Positions 42,365 to 56,640 are shown, counted from the stretch's first letter. The stretch: DNA of 64,000 bases from Octopus vulgaris (GCA_951406725.2 OX597817.1:134974001-135038000); one strand, 5' to 3'. The notes: a model not told the origin generated them from the letters alone. Program-made: numbers and translations.

Positions 42365-42918
42365 TGCCCTGATGCAGTACCAGGCAGTGGCTCTCATGGC
42401 TTCTGATCTTAACTGATTGGAAGTGTTATCATGTACATTGTTTTGTCTTGGTATAAAAGATGGGCTACAGCAAATATTCTGCTCAATACCACAGATTTGC
42501 TTGTCAGTTGTTTGACCTTAACCAGTTGAGCATGTCCCTTAGTGGCTGACGATATGTGCATCTCTGATCACGAGCAGTAGTGGGGGAGCATCATAACCAT
42601 GTGTTGAGAGGGATTCTTTGGGGTTTGAATAATTCACCTCTGGAAACATGGGTGGTTCTTTCAACATCCTTAAACAACCCTTATTCAAGGACCGTTTGAG
42701 CGGGATGGGCTACTCAACCTGAAGAAAATTCTAACTGGGCCCCACCTGCCAAGGTCATGTGCTGTTTATCTTGATATGAGATCACCATGTCGCGCACATA
42801 TGGTTGTGATGCATGTGCCTGGTGTACCTTTATCAGACGGGTAGTCATGATGGGTATATTGGGCTTCGTATATTTTACCCCAGTGTCACTTTGATGGCAT
42901 GAACTGCTCTCTCACTCA
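42365..42918 (-). mobile_element. ~555-bp non-coding element flanked on both sides by (TAA)n
   Basis: Clean TAA arrays at both ends; partial second copy at 25405-25796. Orientation is inferred. Confidence 0.7.
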
Positions 42919-42921
42919 ATG

Positions 42922-42989
<68 letters not shown>

Positions 42990-42994
42990 GATAA

Positions 42995-43495
42995 TGAGTG
43001 CCTTGGGTATGTGCTGTGATTTGTTGTGATGCGCTGACGGTTACTGTATTGAAAGTGTTTTGCGTAGGATGTGTGCAGTGCCTAGTAGTGCAATTTTCTG
43101 TATGTGTTTGTAAGTCCCGGTATTTTTGTTATGTATTTGTCTGAATATTTTTATCATGCCTAATGCGCCTATTATGATAGGAATTGTTTCTGTTTTCCAC
43201 ATTGCAGATTCCACATTCGAGTTACCTCTATTTCCAGGTTTTTGTATTTTGAAAGTTTCTCCATTTCTTTTAGAGACACGTTGTCATCTGCTGGTATTGT
43301 TACATCAATTAGAAAGCAGTTTCTTTCTTCATGATCTCTGACAACTATATCTGACCTTTTGGCCTTAATTTCTCTATCTGTGTGTATTGGCATATCCCAG
43401 AGTACGGTTGCTTTCTCGTTTTCTGTGACCTTTTCTGGTGTGTGCCTATACCATCTTTTTTTCTGTTGTTATTCCATAATGTTGGCATAGATTCC
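42995..43495 (-). mobile_element. RLE LINE endonuclease/3' fragment
   Basis: WDMPIHTDREIKAKRSDIVVRDHEERNCFLIDVTIPADDNVSLKEMEKLSKYKNLEIEVTRMW. Confidence 0.9.
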
Positions 43496-43568
<73 letters not shown>

Positions 43569-43700
43569 ATAGCAGTATAAATAAATGTTTCCTTCTTGAG
43601 CCATGCTAGGCTCAGATGGGCCGGTAACCCGGTTTCACGATGGCGTATATATCGCCTCACCTCGATAGGACGCCAGTGCGTCGGAGGGTTACTCATCTAC

Positions 43701-43731
<31 letters not shown>

Positions 43732-43741
43732 TAAAACAGAC

Positions 43742-43792
<51 letters not shown>

Positions 43793-43802
43793 TAAAACAG
43801 AC

Positions 43803-44420
<618 letters not shown>

Positions 44421-44930
44421 CGACAGCAGAGTATCAAAATCTACTCTCCGTTAAGCTTGATGTTCTTTACGATCCCACTTATATTAAGAGTTAGACGTAT
44501 ACGTTGGTTGGAGCTCCGATATTTGACCAGCATTAAATTTGACCATTATTAAATATATGTAAGAATTATAAGCAATATAAGCTGCTTCAAAGTAGTTTCC
44601 TTTGACATCTGACTTCTAGAAGAGACTAAGATCGTTAGCTCATTGCCATTATTTAGCAAATAGCTTTCATTTATTCTCATTATTCCTTGTTTCTTGGAAG
44701 ACAACGTCACAGTTGCGAGAATCTTGTAGTTGTTGCTGGAAGTCTTTACCAGTTAGCCATCTTATAGATTCGAACAAGCATTATTATTTAAACCTCTGTT
44801 TGGTATCTACTTAAGGAAATTACATTCACACGTCTGTGCAAATGAATGCCTCCCACCCAAGCACACATGTGTATATGTGTGTGCATATGTGTGTGTACAA
44901 TATATATGTATATATATGATATATGTGTGC

Positions 44931-44977
<47 letters not shown>

Positions 44978-46415
44978 TACTTACATACATACAAGTATGC
45001 AAACAAATGTACATACATATATACATACATACAGGTACATATACATATATATTGTACGTGTATACACATTTTCATAACTGTATCACATTATCTGGACGTC
45101 TTCCAGACACATACCTATAGAACATTTGTAAAGTTTTAAGCAGTGTACTTGAGTGCATCGTAAATCTACGCTCAGTAATTCTAAGACAAGAAATTGTCGT
45201 CTGATTCATTCATTTCTTCAAATTACCCAGAAGCATCTCTGTTTTCAAATAGTATTAATATATTGAAATTTCTAGAGTAATGCAATTTTTCGATGAAAAG
45301 AAAATAAAACAAGAAAACGACAAAAAGTAGCAGAGAAGTCCTTTTACCTTACAGCAACTTTGACTAGCCAACAGAATATAATATTATTTATTCCCAGATT
45401 TCACTGAGAGAAATATAGAAAAAAAATTTATCCGTTTTATTATAAATATTAACTTGGTTGTTTATTTTCTATGTAAATATGTGTCTGTGGAGTGATTTTT
45501 TTCAGAGTTTCGCATTTATTCTTGATTCGAGTGCGTAGTGCCAAATCAATAAGCGTATGTTATTTAGAAGACAGGCTTAAGACATTTCTACTCCCTTTTC
45601 GGGAATTCATTTCTAAAACGTTTTTGGTATGATGATGTTCTTTAAATGGAAATCTGATTCCCTGCGGAGAGAATGATCGAAAATCAATGCCATACTTTAT
45701 ATATTGGTATATCATGCTTCGGCGGGGAAAAGAAATAAACATAGATAGCAATTTAGGTATTGTGTTTTCTACATTACACATATACAATTATATGAAAACA
45801 TGGAGCACAGCGATAAATGACAGAATGATTCTCATTGGTGAAAAATAGAATACATTGAAAGAACGAAACTGTTAACCGATTATTAAGCCAGAATTAATCA
45901 ATAAATACATGTTTGCATGTTCAAGCTAAGAGTGGCGCTCTAACTATTTAGGAAGATGGTAACTTTCCGTACAGCTGAATGGAATTCCGTGTGCTTTCAT
46001 TAGATGCAATTTATAATTTTTCCTATTGTATTAAAAGTATTCCTTGTAGTATATATGTAGTGCCTAGTCGTATTTCATCCTCCACGATGTGTGCATGTGT
46101 ATATGTAGTGGTCAACTGCCCCAAGGTACCTATTATCAGGATTGTTTGTATTGTTGTTATACCCTACAATACACACGTTTTGATTATCCTTATTTTCAGA
46201 TCTTACTTTTCGAATATTTTCTTTATTTCTCATAGAGATTTCTTTTGGTGTCTTCTGGAACCGATACACCAATTACAACACATTTGTTTTCTTTACATAA
46301 TAATCTTTGACTTTAATATCTGGTCGCTTTACCTTATTCTCTTTGTCTATATGAATTTGTCAGTCATTGATTATGGCCATCTTGTCATTCTGAAAGTAAA
46401 TTTCTTTATCCATTT

Positions 46416-46700
<285 letters not shown>

Positions 46701-46751
46701 GTAATATATAGGTAATATGTATGTATATATATATATACATGTGTATGTATG

Positions 46752-46827
<76 letters not shown>

Positions 46828-46828
<1 letters not shown>

Positions 46829-48918
46829 TGTATAAAGGATCGTGGATAAGGCCAGAACAATGCGAAGTAAAAGCAAGGCAAATCACAAGAAAACAAATAT
46901 TTGAATTAATGTAGACTTACCTTGCATTCTGTATTTCGGGGTTATGAACCCAGCCTCAAGAAATTAACGAATGTTGCAGATGTGCGTGTGTGTGTGAGTG
47001 TATGTGGAGTGGACATGGGCGGGAAGTTGTTGCTATAGCAACCAACTAGCTTCTTGTAACTCTCTTCTGTTGTTGATGGTTGGTTTCCTTTTTTGTATGA
47101 GGATGACCTCGGAGATTCTAAGGTCATTCCTGCTGCATTGTGTTGCCCTGATGTGCACTGTAAATTCCCGGGTCTGGGACTTCCGTGCATGTTTCTTCAC
47201 GCAAGTGTCTGCTTGCGTATGTTCTTTTCTACGTATATGCAGTTTTCTTGCTGTGCCTCCAATGTAGGATGCGCCACATTTGCCACAGATGATTACGTAT
47301 ACAAAATAGGTTCTGTAGCACATTTAAGGGTCATTGATAAGGCCCTTCGATAATGTGCACTCCTCGGAGTAGTGAAAGGTTTTGTTCGTAGACAGAGCTT
47401 TTCTAGAGATGGGCCGGTGTGCACTATCTGTATGTCGAGTTCTTCCACGCGGACTGCATGTTGTATCGCTGCAGTAGTTCTGTCATCCAAATGTGGGTGC
47501 TTTAGGAAGGCAAGTGTCGGATTGGGAGTATGAGAGTTCTTCCGGGGTTTATTAGCCTTGATGTTCTTTAGGCGCCGTTGTTTGGCTAAGGATGGTGGGT
47601 AGCCATTCAGGGTTAGGTCTCTGAGGAACTGCTTGGTGTTGACGGCTTGTCGGTCACTTCGCTGCAATTGTTGTTTATGCGTGCAATCTTGTTTCTCACG
47701 TATGCGGCTTTGGCTATGGTGGGTAAGGCTGATTGGTACTAGACGAAAAGTTTTCTGCTAGCAGGTTTTCTGTAGAAGTTGGTAAATATGGAGCCTTCCT
47801 CTGTCATCCTGAGTTGAATGTTGAGTAGAAAGAGGGTTCCGGATTCCACTGGATGTTCACGCTTGAATTTGATGTTTATGTCGATATTATTGAAGGTCAG
47901 GTGTATGATAATGGCCTCATCCCTGGAGGACTTGATGATAAGGATGTCATCAAAGTACCTGGAGAAGGAGATGCACGAGCGGCAGGTGTTGAGTGCTGTG
48001 TGTTCTAGCTTATCCATGTACGTGATGGCCAGCAGGCCTGAAAGGCTAAATCCCATAGGTAGGCCGGAAGTCTGTTTGTAAATCACACCGTTATACTGGA
48101 AATAGGCGTTACTAACTATAATGGTTAATAAGTCTCGTATGTCCGTGGGTGTGAGGCGGAAGAGGTGGAGGTTGATGGAATGAGAAGTGGGAGAAGATGA
48201 AGGGGAAGATGGAGAGGAGGAGGTTGCAGGAGAGGGAGGAAGAGATTAAGAAGGAGGTTGGGGAAGGAGATGTGGGGGAAGTAAGAACATGATGTGGCCT
48301 ATGGGGATATCGACGGCTGGGAGAGCGGGAACAGAGGTGTAGAGGGAAACAACGTCTAAACTAAAAGGGGATTTGTCAGTTTTAAGTAAGGAGGGGGTCG
48401 ATATATTTGAGTCTTGTGAAGATTTCGTGGGTGCTGCTGACGTGTCCGGGGAATGCGTGTACTAAGAGCTTGAGGAGATTAGAGAGGAGCCAAGAGATCT
48501 TATTGAAAGGACCGTTAATTCCTTTTACTAAGGGTATGATTTTGACCTTAGGTCCGGGTTTGTGGCTTTTTATTAAATGATAGAAGGATGGAACGGTGGT
48601 GCTTTTAGATGTGTAGTTCAGTCTAGTCTTCTTTGAGAGATTACTTTGGTGACAAATGTTGGTCCAGCTGGTGTTGATGGTGGATTCCAGTTGGTGGGGT
48701 ATGATGTTGTGAACCTCTTCATTTAGTGTGGGGTCACTGAGGTGCTCGATACCTAGTTTGTTGGAAATGGGTTTGTCTATAATGCAGAATTCTTTCCCTT
48801 TGTAGATGGGGTTTTTGTTTCTTAAGGTTTGCAAGATCAGGAATTGGGATATAGCAAGGGTGCATGATGGGGAATGTCGTTTATCTAATATTTTATTTAT
48901 GTATTGTTTGATTGTAGC

Positions 48919-48922
<4 letters not shown>
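46828..48922 (-). mobile_element. Penelope-like retroelement (RT plus C-terminal GIY-YIG), 5'-truncated, frameshifted
   Basis: FYHLIKSHKP..IIPLV; FSLDVVSLYTSVP; YKQTSGLPMGFSLSGLLA; RYFDDILI; FYRKP; VYVIICGKCGASYIGGTARKLHIRRKEH. Bounded by microsatellites. Confidence 0.92.
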
Positions 48923-48998
<76 letters not shown>

Positions 48999-49029
48999 CT
49001 GAGAAAGTGTGTGTGTGTGTGTGTGTGTG

Positions 49030-49215
49030 AATCCCTAAAACTTGAGAACTACACAACCAATTTCATTCAAATTTTACACATGCCTTACTTAGGGTCCATG
49101 TAGTGACATGGGCAAAAACAATGTTTAACTTTTTTGAGTAGGGCGAGCTCACAGCAATACATCTTCTACACTATTTCAGTATTACGTGTTAAAAGTGAAA
49201 CAAAAGCATCTCTCT
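49030..49215. mobile_element. Probable non-autonomous Helitron-type fragment
   Basis: (TG)n followed by aaaacttgagaactacacaaccaatttcattcaaattttacaca, a motif typical of small Helitron-like repeats. Not independently confirmed. Confidence 0.3.
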
Positions 49216-49280
49216 ATTGTATGTATATGGATGTATATATATATACATATATATATACATGTATATATATGGATGTATAT

Positions 49281-49344
<64 letters not shown>

Positions 49345-49628
49345 ATGTATACATGTATATGTATACATGTATGTCTAGATGTATATATATAGAGAGATGT
49401 ACATGTAATATGTACACATATATATACAAATATATACATGCATACATATATACACCATATGCACACACACAGACCGATCCACCCACTCACCCACACACAC
49501 ACATACATAGGTGCAGGTGTGGCTGTGTGGTAACAAACTTAGTTCCAAAACACATGGTCCTCCGTTCAGCCACACTGTGTGGTAATATGGCATGTGTCAT
49601 ATATATATACATGTATATATATATATAC

Positions 49629-49767
<139 letters not shown>

Positions 49768-50240
49768 CGTATGTATATATCATTTGATAGAGACAGTTTA
49801 AATTCGAGCTACTCTTAGTTTTATGCCTCCAAAGATACGAATGTCGGACAAGTTTGTATAGCGTGCTGCTAATCATTATAAAATCAACATGGCTGCTCTA
49901 TGAGAAAAACGGAGAAATAATAAGAAAGGACGATGGCAAAAGGAAATAGAACAAGTGGAATGAGAAAAAGGAAAAGGGAATATAGAGGTAAAGGAATTAA
50001 AGCTGAATCCCTTGTCCAATTAGAATTAAAGTTGATATGGTTTGTGCACTTAATTCAACCGGAAAAGATGAAAGTTTGTGAGACTGCACGCTTCAGCCGA
50101 ATTGATACATTCCATGTTGATAAAATGAATTTGTCCAGGTGATTACATTTAGCAAAAGTTTCAGATCTAGATTTCAGTAGGTCAATAGAGTCTCTCGAAC
50201 TGAAAAGAATATGCGATTTTTCGACTAAACAAAGCCAACA

Positions 50241-50470
50241 TCACTTTGATACATTCACGTATGTTGTCAGTTGTTCACGAAGCACGTATGATATACTGCT
50301 GGCCTTCAGATCCCTGATATGGTTAGTTAACTTTGTCGTTTTATACTTATTCGATAATTGGAAAGAAGACTGATGGTTAGCATATATTTTTTTAAAATCA
50401 CTTTCGCATATGCCAATGTACCTCTTCTTTTGTGTTATTATTTTGAAACACTGAGGTGTGTTCAACTTCA
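50241..50470 (-). pseudogene. PLE GIY-YIG endonuclease remnant
   Basis: KRYIGICESDFKKIYANHQSSFQLSNKYKTTKLTNHIRDLK. Confidence 0.7.
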
Positions 50471-50823
50471 TAAACTGAGCTAATCGTGCATTTCTAGTCA
50501 AGAGGGCAAATTCATGGGTTTCAACAGTATCAATCATGACATTCGTTTACCTACAAATCATTTATCGTCAAGTCGCCAGTAGCATCTTATCGCATCCAAC
50601 CTGATGAATGACAGGTGATACGATCAGTGTTAACGCAGGCTGCAACCTGTTCGGGAGAAATTCAGTTTCTTCTTTGTCCCTCGTGACCTTTCGGGATTAT
50701 TCATTGAATACTTTACAGAATTCTAAAGCAGAATTAAAAAGATTTGTCTTGATGTGAGTGCATGTGCCTGTTGGTGTGTGTGTGTGTGTGTGTATGTATA
50801 TATACATATATATATATAGATAC

Positions 50824-50856
<33 letters not shown>

Positions 50857-51146
50857 CATATCTGTATATATACATACATACATACATACATATATTTATA
50901 TACATATATATATATATAGAGAGAGAGAGAGAAAGAGAAAGAGAGAGAGGGAGAGGAGGCATCATTAGTTTCTTCCGAGAGACTGAACGATAAAATAACA
51001 AAACTGACGACAAACTGCCACATTTATACTGGTGTGAAGGCAAGAAACCTAGGTATAAAAGACATACATAAACAAGCATATACATATGTACATACATACA
51101 CACACACACACATATATATTTACATATGCATACATACATACATACA

Positions 51147-51216
<70 letters not shown>

Positions 51217-51294
51217 ATAAGAGTAGCTCGTATACGAGTGGGTATATATTTGTAAAAAAGAAGTTTGAAAATGCCGCTATATTAGATAAATTTT

Positions 51295-51343
51295 AATTTT
51301 ACATGTTTCGGTTCTTGAAATAACGAACCTTATCAAAAAAATT
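51295..51343 (-). ncRNA. Hammerhead motif, U3-A8 variant
   Basis: ttt-TTGATAA-ggttc gttatttcaa gaacc-GAAA-catg-TA-aaa. Helix I is weak. Lies in a (TA)n-flanked cassette at ~51210-51505. Confidence 0.6.
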
Positions 51344-51501
51344 TTTTTATATAATAAAGAGAGTCCATGCTATATGTTTAAAGAGTATGATGGAACAGTT
51401 CATAATTGTGACATACATTCAATAGAGTCAAATATAAAAAATCCATGTTCTTGAAAAGGCGAGGAGTTCATTATAGATTTTACCTTGTGTTCCAATGGGA
51501 G

Positions 51502-51547
<46 letters not shown>

Positions 51548-51825
51548 TAGCAGTATCGCCCGGCGTTGCTCGGGTTGTAAGGGAAATAACTATATAAGCA
51601 TTTTTAGAGAGTTATAGCCAAAAAGTAGCAAAAAAATGCATTAAAAATTCAAAAAAAATTAAGGTAAATTTTTCTTTAAATCGTTGACACATCGTAGATA
51701 TTTTTAGAGAGTTACTTCCCTTATATAAAAGCGAAAAAAATGCATTAAAATGGAAAAATATGATGGTAATTTTTTTTTAAATCGTAGACTCATCGTAGAC
51801 GCGCGCTAACACCCAGAAGGGCTCG

Positions 51826-53357
51826 TTTGTTATTCTGGGTAACTTTCTGTAAAATTATTAAAATTTTGTTCAAACATCGCTATAGAAAATGGGTCATTAG
51901 CTAATATTCAATTGGGTATACAACAAAATTTTACGATAGAATTTGTTATTCTGGGTAACTTTCTGTAAAATTATTAAAATTTTGTTCAAACATCGCTATA
52001 GAAAATGGGTTATTAGCTAATATTCAATTGGGTATACAACAAAATTTTACGATAGAATTTGTTATTCTGGGTAACTTTCTGTAAAATTATTAAAATTTTG
52101 TTCAAACATCGCTATAGAAAATGGGTTATTAGCTAATATTCAATTGGGTATACAACAAAATTTTACGATAGAATTTGTTATTCTGGGTAACTTTCTGTAA
52201 AATTATTAAAATTTTGTTCAAACATCGCTATAGAAAATGGGTCATTAGCTAATATTCAATTGGGTATACAACAAAATTTTACGATAGAATTTGTTATTCT
52301 GGGTAACTTTCTGTAAAATTATTAAAATTTTGTTCAAACATCGCTATAGAAAATGGGTTATTAGCTAATATTCAATTGGGTATACAACAAAATTTTACGA
52401 TAGAATTTGTTATTCTGGGTAACTTTCTGTAAAATTATTAAAATTTTGTTCAAACATCGCTATAGAAAATGGGTTATTAGCTAATATTCAATTGGGTATA
52501 CAACAAAATTTTACGATAGAATTTGTTATTCTGGGTAACTTTCTGTAAAATTATTAAAATTTTGTTCAAACATCGCTATAGAAAATGGGTTATTAGCTAA
52601 TATTCAATTGGGTATACAACAAAATTTTACAATAGAATTTGTTATTCTGGGTAACTTTCTGTAAAATTATTAAAATTTTGTTCAAACATCGCTATAGAAA
52701 ATGGGTTATTAGCTAATATTCAATTGGGTATACAACAAAATTTTACGATAGAATTTGTTATTCTGGGTAACTTTCTGTAAAATTATTAAAATTTTGTTCA
52801 AACATCGCTATAGAAAATGGGTTATTAGCTAATATTCAATTGGGTATACAACAAAATTTTACGATAGAATTTGTTATTCTGGGTAACTTTCTGTAAAATT
52901 ATTAAAATTTTGTTCAAACATCGCTATAGAAAATGGGTCATTAGCTAATATTCAATTGGGTATACAACAAAATTTTACGATAGAATTTGTTATTCTGGGT
53001 AACTTTCTGTAAAATTATTAAAATTTTGTTCAAACATCGCTATAGAAAATGGGTCATTAGCTAATATTCAATTGGGTATACAACAAAATTTTACAATAGA
53101 ATTTGTTATTCTGGGTAACTTTCTGTAAAATTATTAAAATTTTGTTCAAACATCGCTATAGAAAATGGGTCATTAGCTAATATTCAATTGGGTATACAAC
53201 AAAATTTTACAATAGAATTTGTTATTCTGGGTAACTTTCTGTAAAATTATTAAAATTTTGTTCAAACATCGCTATAGAAAATGGGTTATTAGCTAATATT
53301 CAATTGGGTATACAACAAAATTTTACGATAGAATTTGTTATTCTGGGTAACTTTCTG
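51826..53357. repeat. 116-bp tandem repeat, 13 full copies plus a partial copy
   Basis: tttgttattctgggtaactttctg recurs every 116 bp from 51826 to 53334. Copies differ at only about 2 positions. Confidence 0.97.
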
Positions 53358-53439
53358 ATACCCATAATAATATTTATGGCAAAATAGGCCTTAATTTCAT
53401 TTAAGGTTGTGGGAAATAACAAACTATCCTTTCTTTCGG

Positions 53440-53604
53440 TTTGTTTACGTTTAGCGTAATGATTTCAAATAGGCTCATTCGAAAAAGTAAATAGAAATAG
53501 TCTAAGGCTTTACTCTTCTGGGAAAGTCTGTGGCTTGGTCCAGTTTCTTCAGAAAACTCACCGAAAGAAACAGTTTTTAAATTTTCACTCCATTCAGGTA
53601 CCAA
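53440..53604 (-). pseudogene. piggyBac transposase-like N-terminal fragment inside the Helitron
   Basis: WSENLKTVSFGEFSEETGPSHRLSQKSKALDYFYLLFRMSLFEII resembles the F..GP..LDYF.LFF..L.E.I pattern of piggyBac/PGBD proteins. Confidence 0.55.
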
Positions 53605-53968
53605 TTCGTTTTCTTTATCGCTGTCGGATTCACTGTTTTCACTTTAATAGCTGCAAACTTGCAAAGACAAAGGAGGAGAAGGGTGATAGCGTCAGTGAAA
53701 CAATTCGCCCCCTTTGTGTGTGTGTGCGTTTGCGTGTGGTGTAAACCAGACTAAGAAAAGCATTTGACACACACACCAGAATGTGAGTTTTCTGTAAATT
53801 TTGCTTAATTGGAGTTTAAATTTTAAAAACTGGACCTGGCATGACGCGATGCATTGTACTCTTAAAAATGCTAGGTAAATTGTAATTGAAGAAATCCTAT
53901 ATTGTAGATTTGTATAACTCCCAAAGGGTGGCAGATAAAATCTGCCTTTTATAATAAGAGATATATAT

Positions 53969-54043
<75 letters not shown>

Positions 54044-54264
54044 ATATATACATGCTAATCTCGAATTAGCGCTGCAGGAACTGAAAAGTAACGATAACAT
54101 TCAAATATGAAGAAATGACAAAAGATCTGTTTGTTATTGTGAACGGAGTCGAATATACTGCATGCCTCAACGTTATAGAATATGATAAGAGCAAATAGTT
54201 TGGAATTAGGCTAACAACACAGCAAAAGCGGAAATGAACTAATTAACGTAACTGCTGTTGTTAT

Positions 54265-54505
54265 TTGTTCCTTCTCGAACCATGCCTGGCTCATAAGGGC
54301 CGGTTTCCCGCGGTTTCATTGGCGTATAGGTTCCCCCACCTGCACGCCAGTTCGTCGCATATGAGCTGCTAGATGCAGGAAGAGCGAGTGAGGGAAAGTT
54401 GTCGCAAAAGAATCATCAGGAGTTCGCCATTTCCTTCTGCCGGAGCCGCGTGGAGCTTAGGTGTTTTGCTCAAAAACACACACGTCGTTGGAAAAGAAGC
54501 CTCCT
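54265..54505 (-). mobile_element. SINE family C-related fragment
   Basis: tgccggagccgcgtggagcttaggtgtttt is shared with 60751-60785. Part is also related to 43595-43700. Confidence 0.55.
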
Positions 54506-54525
54506 ACCACACCGCCACACTTGCG

Positions 54526-54593
<68 letters not shown>

Positions 54594-55000
54594 GGCGGAT
54601 TTCTTTTCAGTTTCCGTCTACCAAATCCACTCACAAGGGTTTGGTCAGCTCGAGGCTATAATAGAAAACACTTGCCCAAGGTGCCACGCAATAGAACTGA
54701 ACACAGAACCATGTGGTTGGGAAATTTCTTACCTCACAACCACGCTGTAAATGTGTGTGTTTGCGTTTCTGTTTGTCCTCCACCGCCGCTTGACAACCGG
54801 TGTGGTTGTATTTAGACTACCATAAATATAGCGGTTCGGCAAAAAAGATCGATGCAATAAGTACCAAGCTAAAAAAAAAGAAGAAGAAAAAACAACAAAA
54901 ATAAGCACTGTGGTCGATTTCATTCAACGAAAACTTCTCCGCGGTGTTGCCCCAGCTTGGCCGTAGTCCAATGGCTGAAAGAGGTAAAGGATAAAAGATA
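54506..55000. mobile_element. Rearranged SINE family A (head inverted relative to tail)
   Basis: 54592-54747 is the minus-strand head; 54750-55000 is the plus-strand tail. Confidence 0.7.
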
Positions 55001-55599
55001 GAAAGGAATATTTGTACAATGCTATTGTTGACCATCATGGAAGCTAAACTCCGCACTACGTCACTCGCAGACGTAACCACCGAAAGAATTATTAATAAAC
55101 GCGTTGCTCTCGCCTTCATTTCCGTACTTGATGCCACGAGATTAAACCAAGTCAACTATTGCAAGAAACCTTTCCGCTGAGAACATAAACTTTTGTTCTA
55201 TTCACTTCTATACGTTGTGTCTATAAGTTGAATTAGCTTCGGGGTTATTTGTTTCTTACTGAAAGCAAATATAATGTCCCCTTCCCCATTACTCTTCTCA
55301 CTATGAGTCACATATTTTTGCCAGTAGATTATGGGTAACTGTGTACGGAAGTATCAATAGCAAATGACCAGGAAATTATCGAATGAACTATTATCATTGA
55401 AACTTTTGTCCGTTCTTCAGTGTGGCTTTGTGTTCCACCAACCTGGTCTCATGTACTTTTATTCAATATCTTTTTTTTCACATCTCACTTTATCAACTAT
55501 AAAACATCATTTGGATATCTTTTCCACAGAAAAAGAGAATAATTTATAACTGGACACATTTGTTTTTTTCATGATCTGCTAGATATATACATTTACACA

Positions 55600-55668
<69 letters not shown>

Positions 55669-55759
55669 ACACACATACACACACACATGCACACACACAT
55701 ACACACACACACACGCACACACACAAACACGCACCGCACACACACCACACACACTCATA

Positions 55760-56640
55760 TCAGGCCGAGTAAAAAGTAGTCAACATTTTGAAGGATGAAA
55801 TTCATCACAATGTATTTCGACAATGCGGAAATTTTATTTCTAACAGTAATTACCATTACAATCAACACGTTTTTGCCAACGAGTTACAAGTTTATTTATT
55901 CCAGTAACATAAAAGTCTGGAGTTCTGGAACTGATGAACTCTTTGAACGCACTTTCAGCATCGGTTTGATTTTTGAACCCCTTCTCACGCAGGGAACCAT
56001 CAAGGTGCTTGAAAAAGTGGTTGTCGGTAGGAGAAAGGTCTGGGGAATAAGCTGGGTGGGGAAGAACTTCGTAGCGAAGTTCCCTCAACTTCTGGAGCGT
56101 CATTAGTGAAACGTGTGGTTGAGCATTGTCTTCTGTTGACCAGTCTGGGACGGAGGAGTAGCAGTTTTTCGTTCATTTTGGCAATTTCATGGCAATATGT
56201 TTCTGCAGTAATCGCTTTTCCGGGTTTTAAGAAGTTACAGTGACTGAGTCCAGCAGTACACCACCAAACAGTCATCATAGCCTTCTTTTTGAAGAGCTCG
56301 GGTTTAGGGAAGATTTTTCGGTGCTTCATTTTGGTCCAGCCACTGCGAAGAACGATTTTTTTTTATTATTGTACAGAATCCACTTTTCATCGTAAGTTAC
56401 AATACGGTCGAGAAATGGATCGGTTCGGTTACGGAGAAGAAGCGACGAGCAAATCTCATATCTGCGCATTTTTCTGCTTTTCAAATTTTGTGGTACCCAT
56501 TTGTCGAGCTTTTTTGATTTTGCGATCGCATGTAAATGATTGCAGGCAGCTTTCTGGTTATTTTGCCAGTTTTCGAGTGGTTTTACATGGATCTTTCTCA
56601 CAGCCACTCGCACGTTAATTTCACGAGCAGGTGGTTCCAT
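55760..56640 (-). mobile_element. Mariner transposon, degenerate
   Basis: RIVTYDEKWILYNN; MMTVWWCTAG; HPAYSPDLSPTDNHFFKHL. End TA|tcaggccgagtaaaaagta. Confidence 0.92.

Larger units (their letters stand above)
51547..53961 (-). mobile_element. Non-autonomous Helitron containing a tandem array
   Basis: The minus strand starts A|TCTCTTATT and ends with the hairpin cccgagcaacgccggg followed by CTAG|T. Inserted in (TA)n. Confidence 0.8.

Noticed and set aside
50596-50670. CTGATGA ... GAAA on the plus strand
   Set aside because: No helix I or palindromic helix III.
51826-53357. Regular array considered as CRISPR-like
   Set aside because: Units are identical end to end with no unique spacers, in a eukaryotic context with no cas genes.
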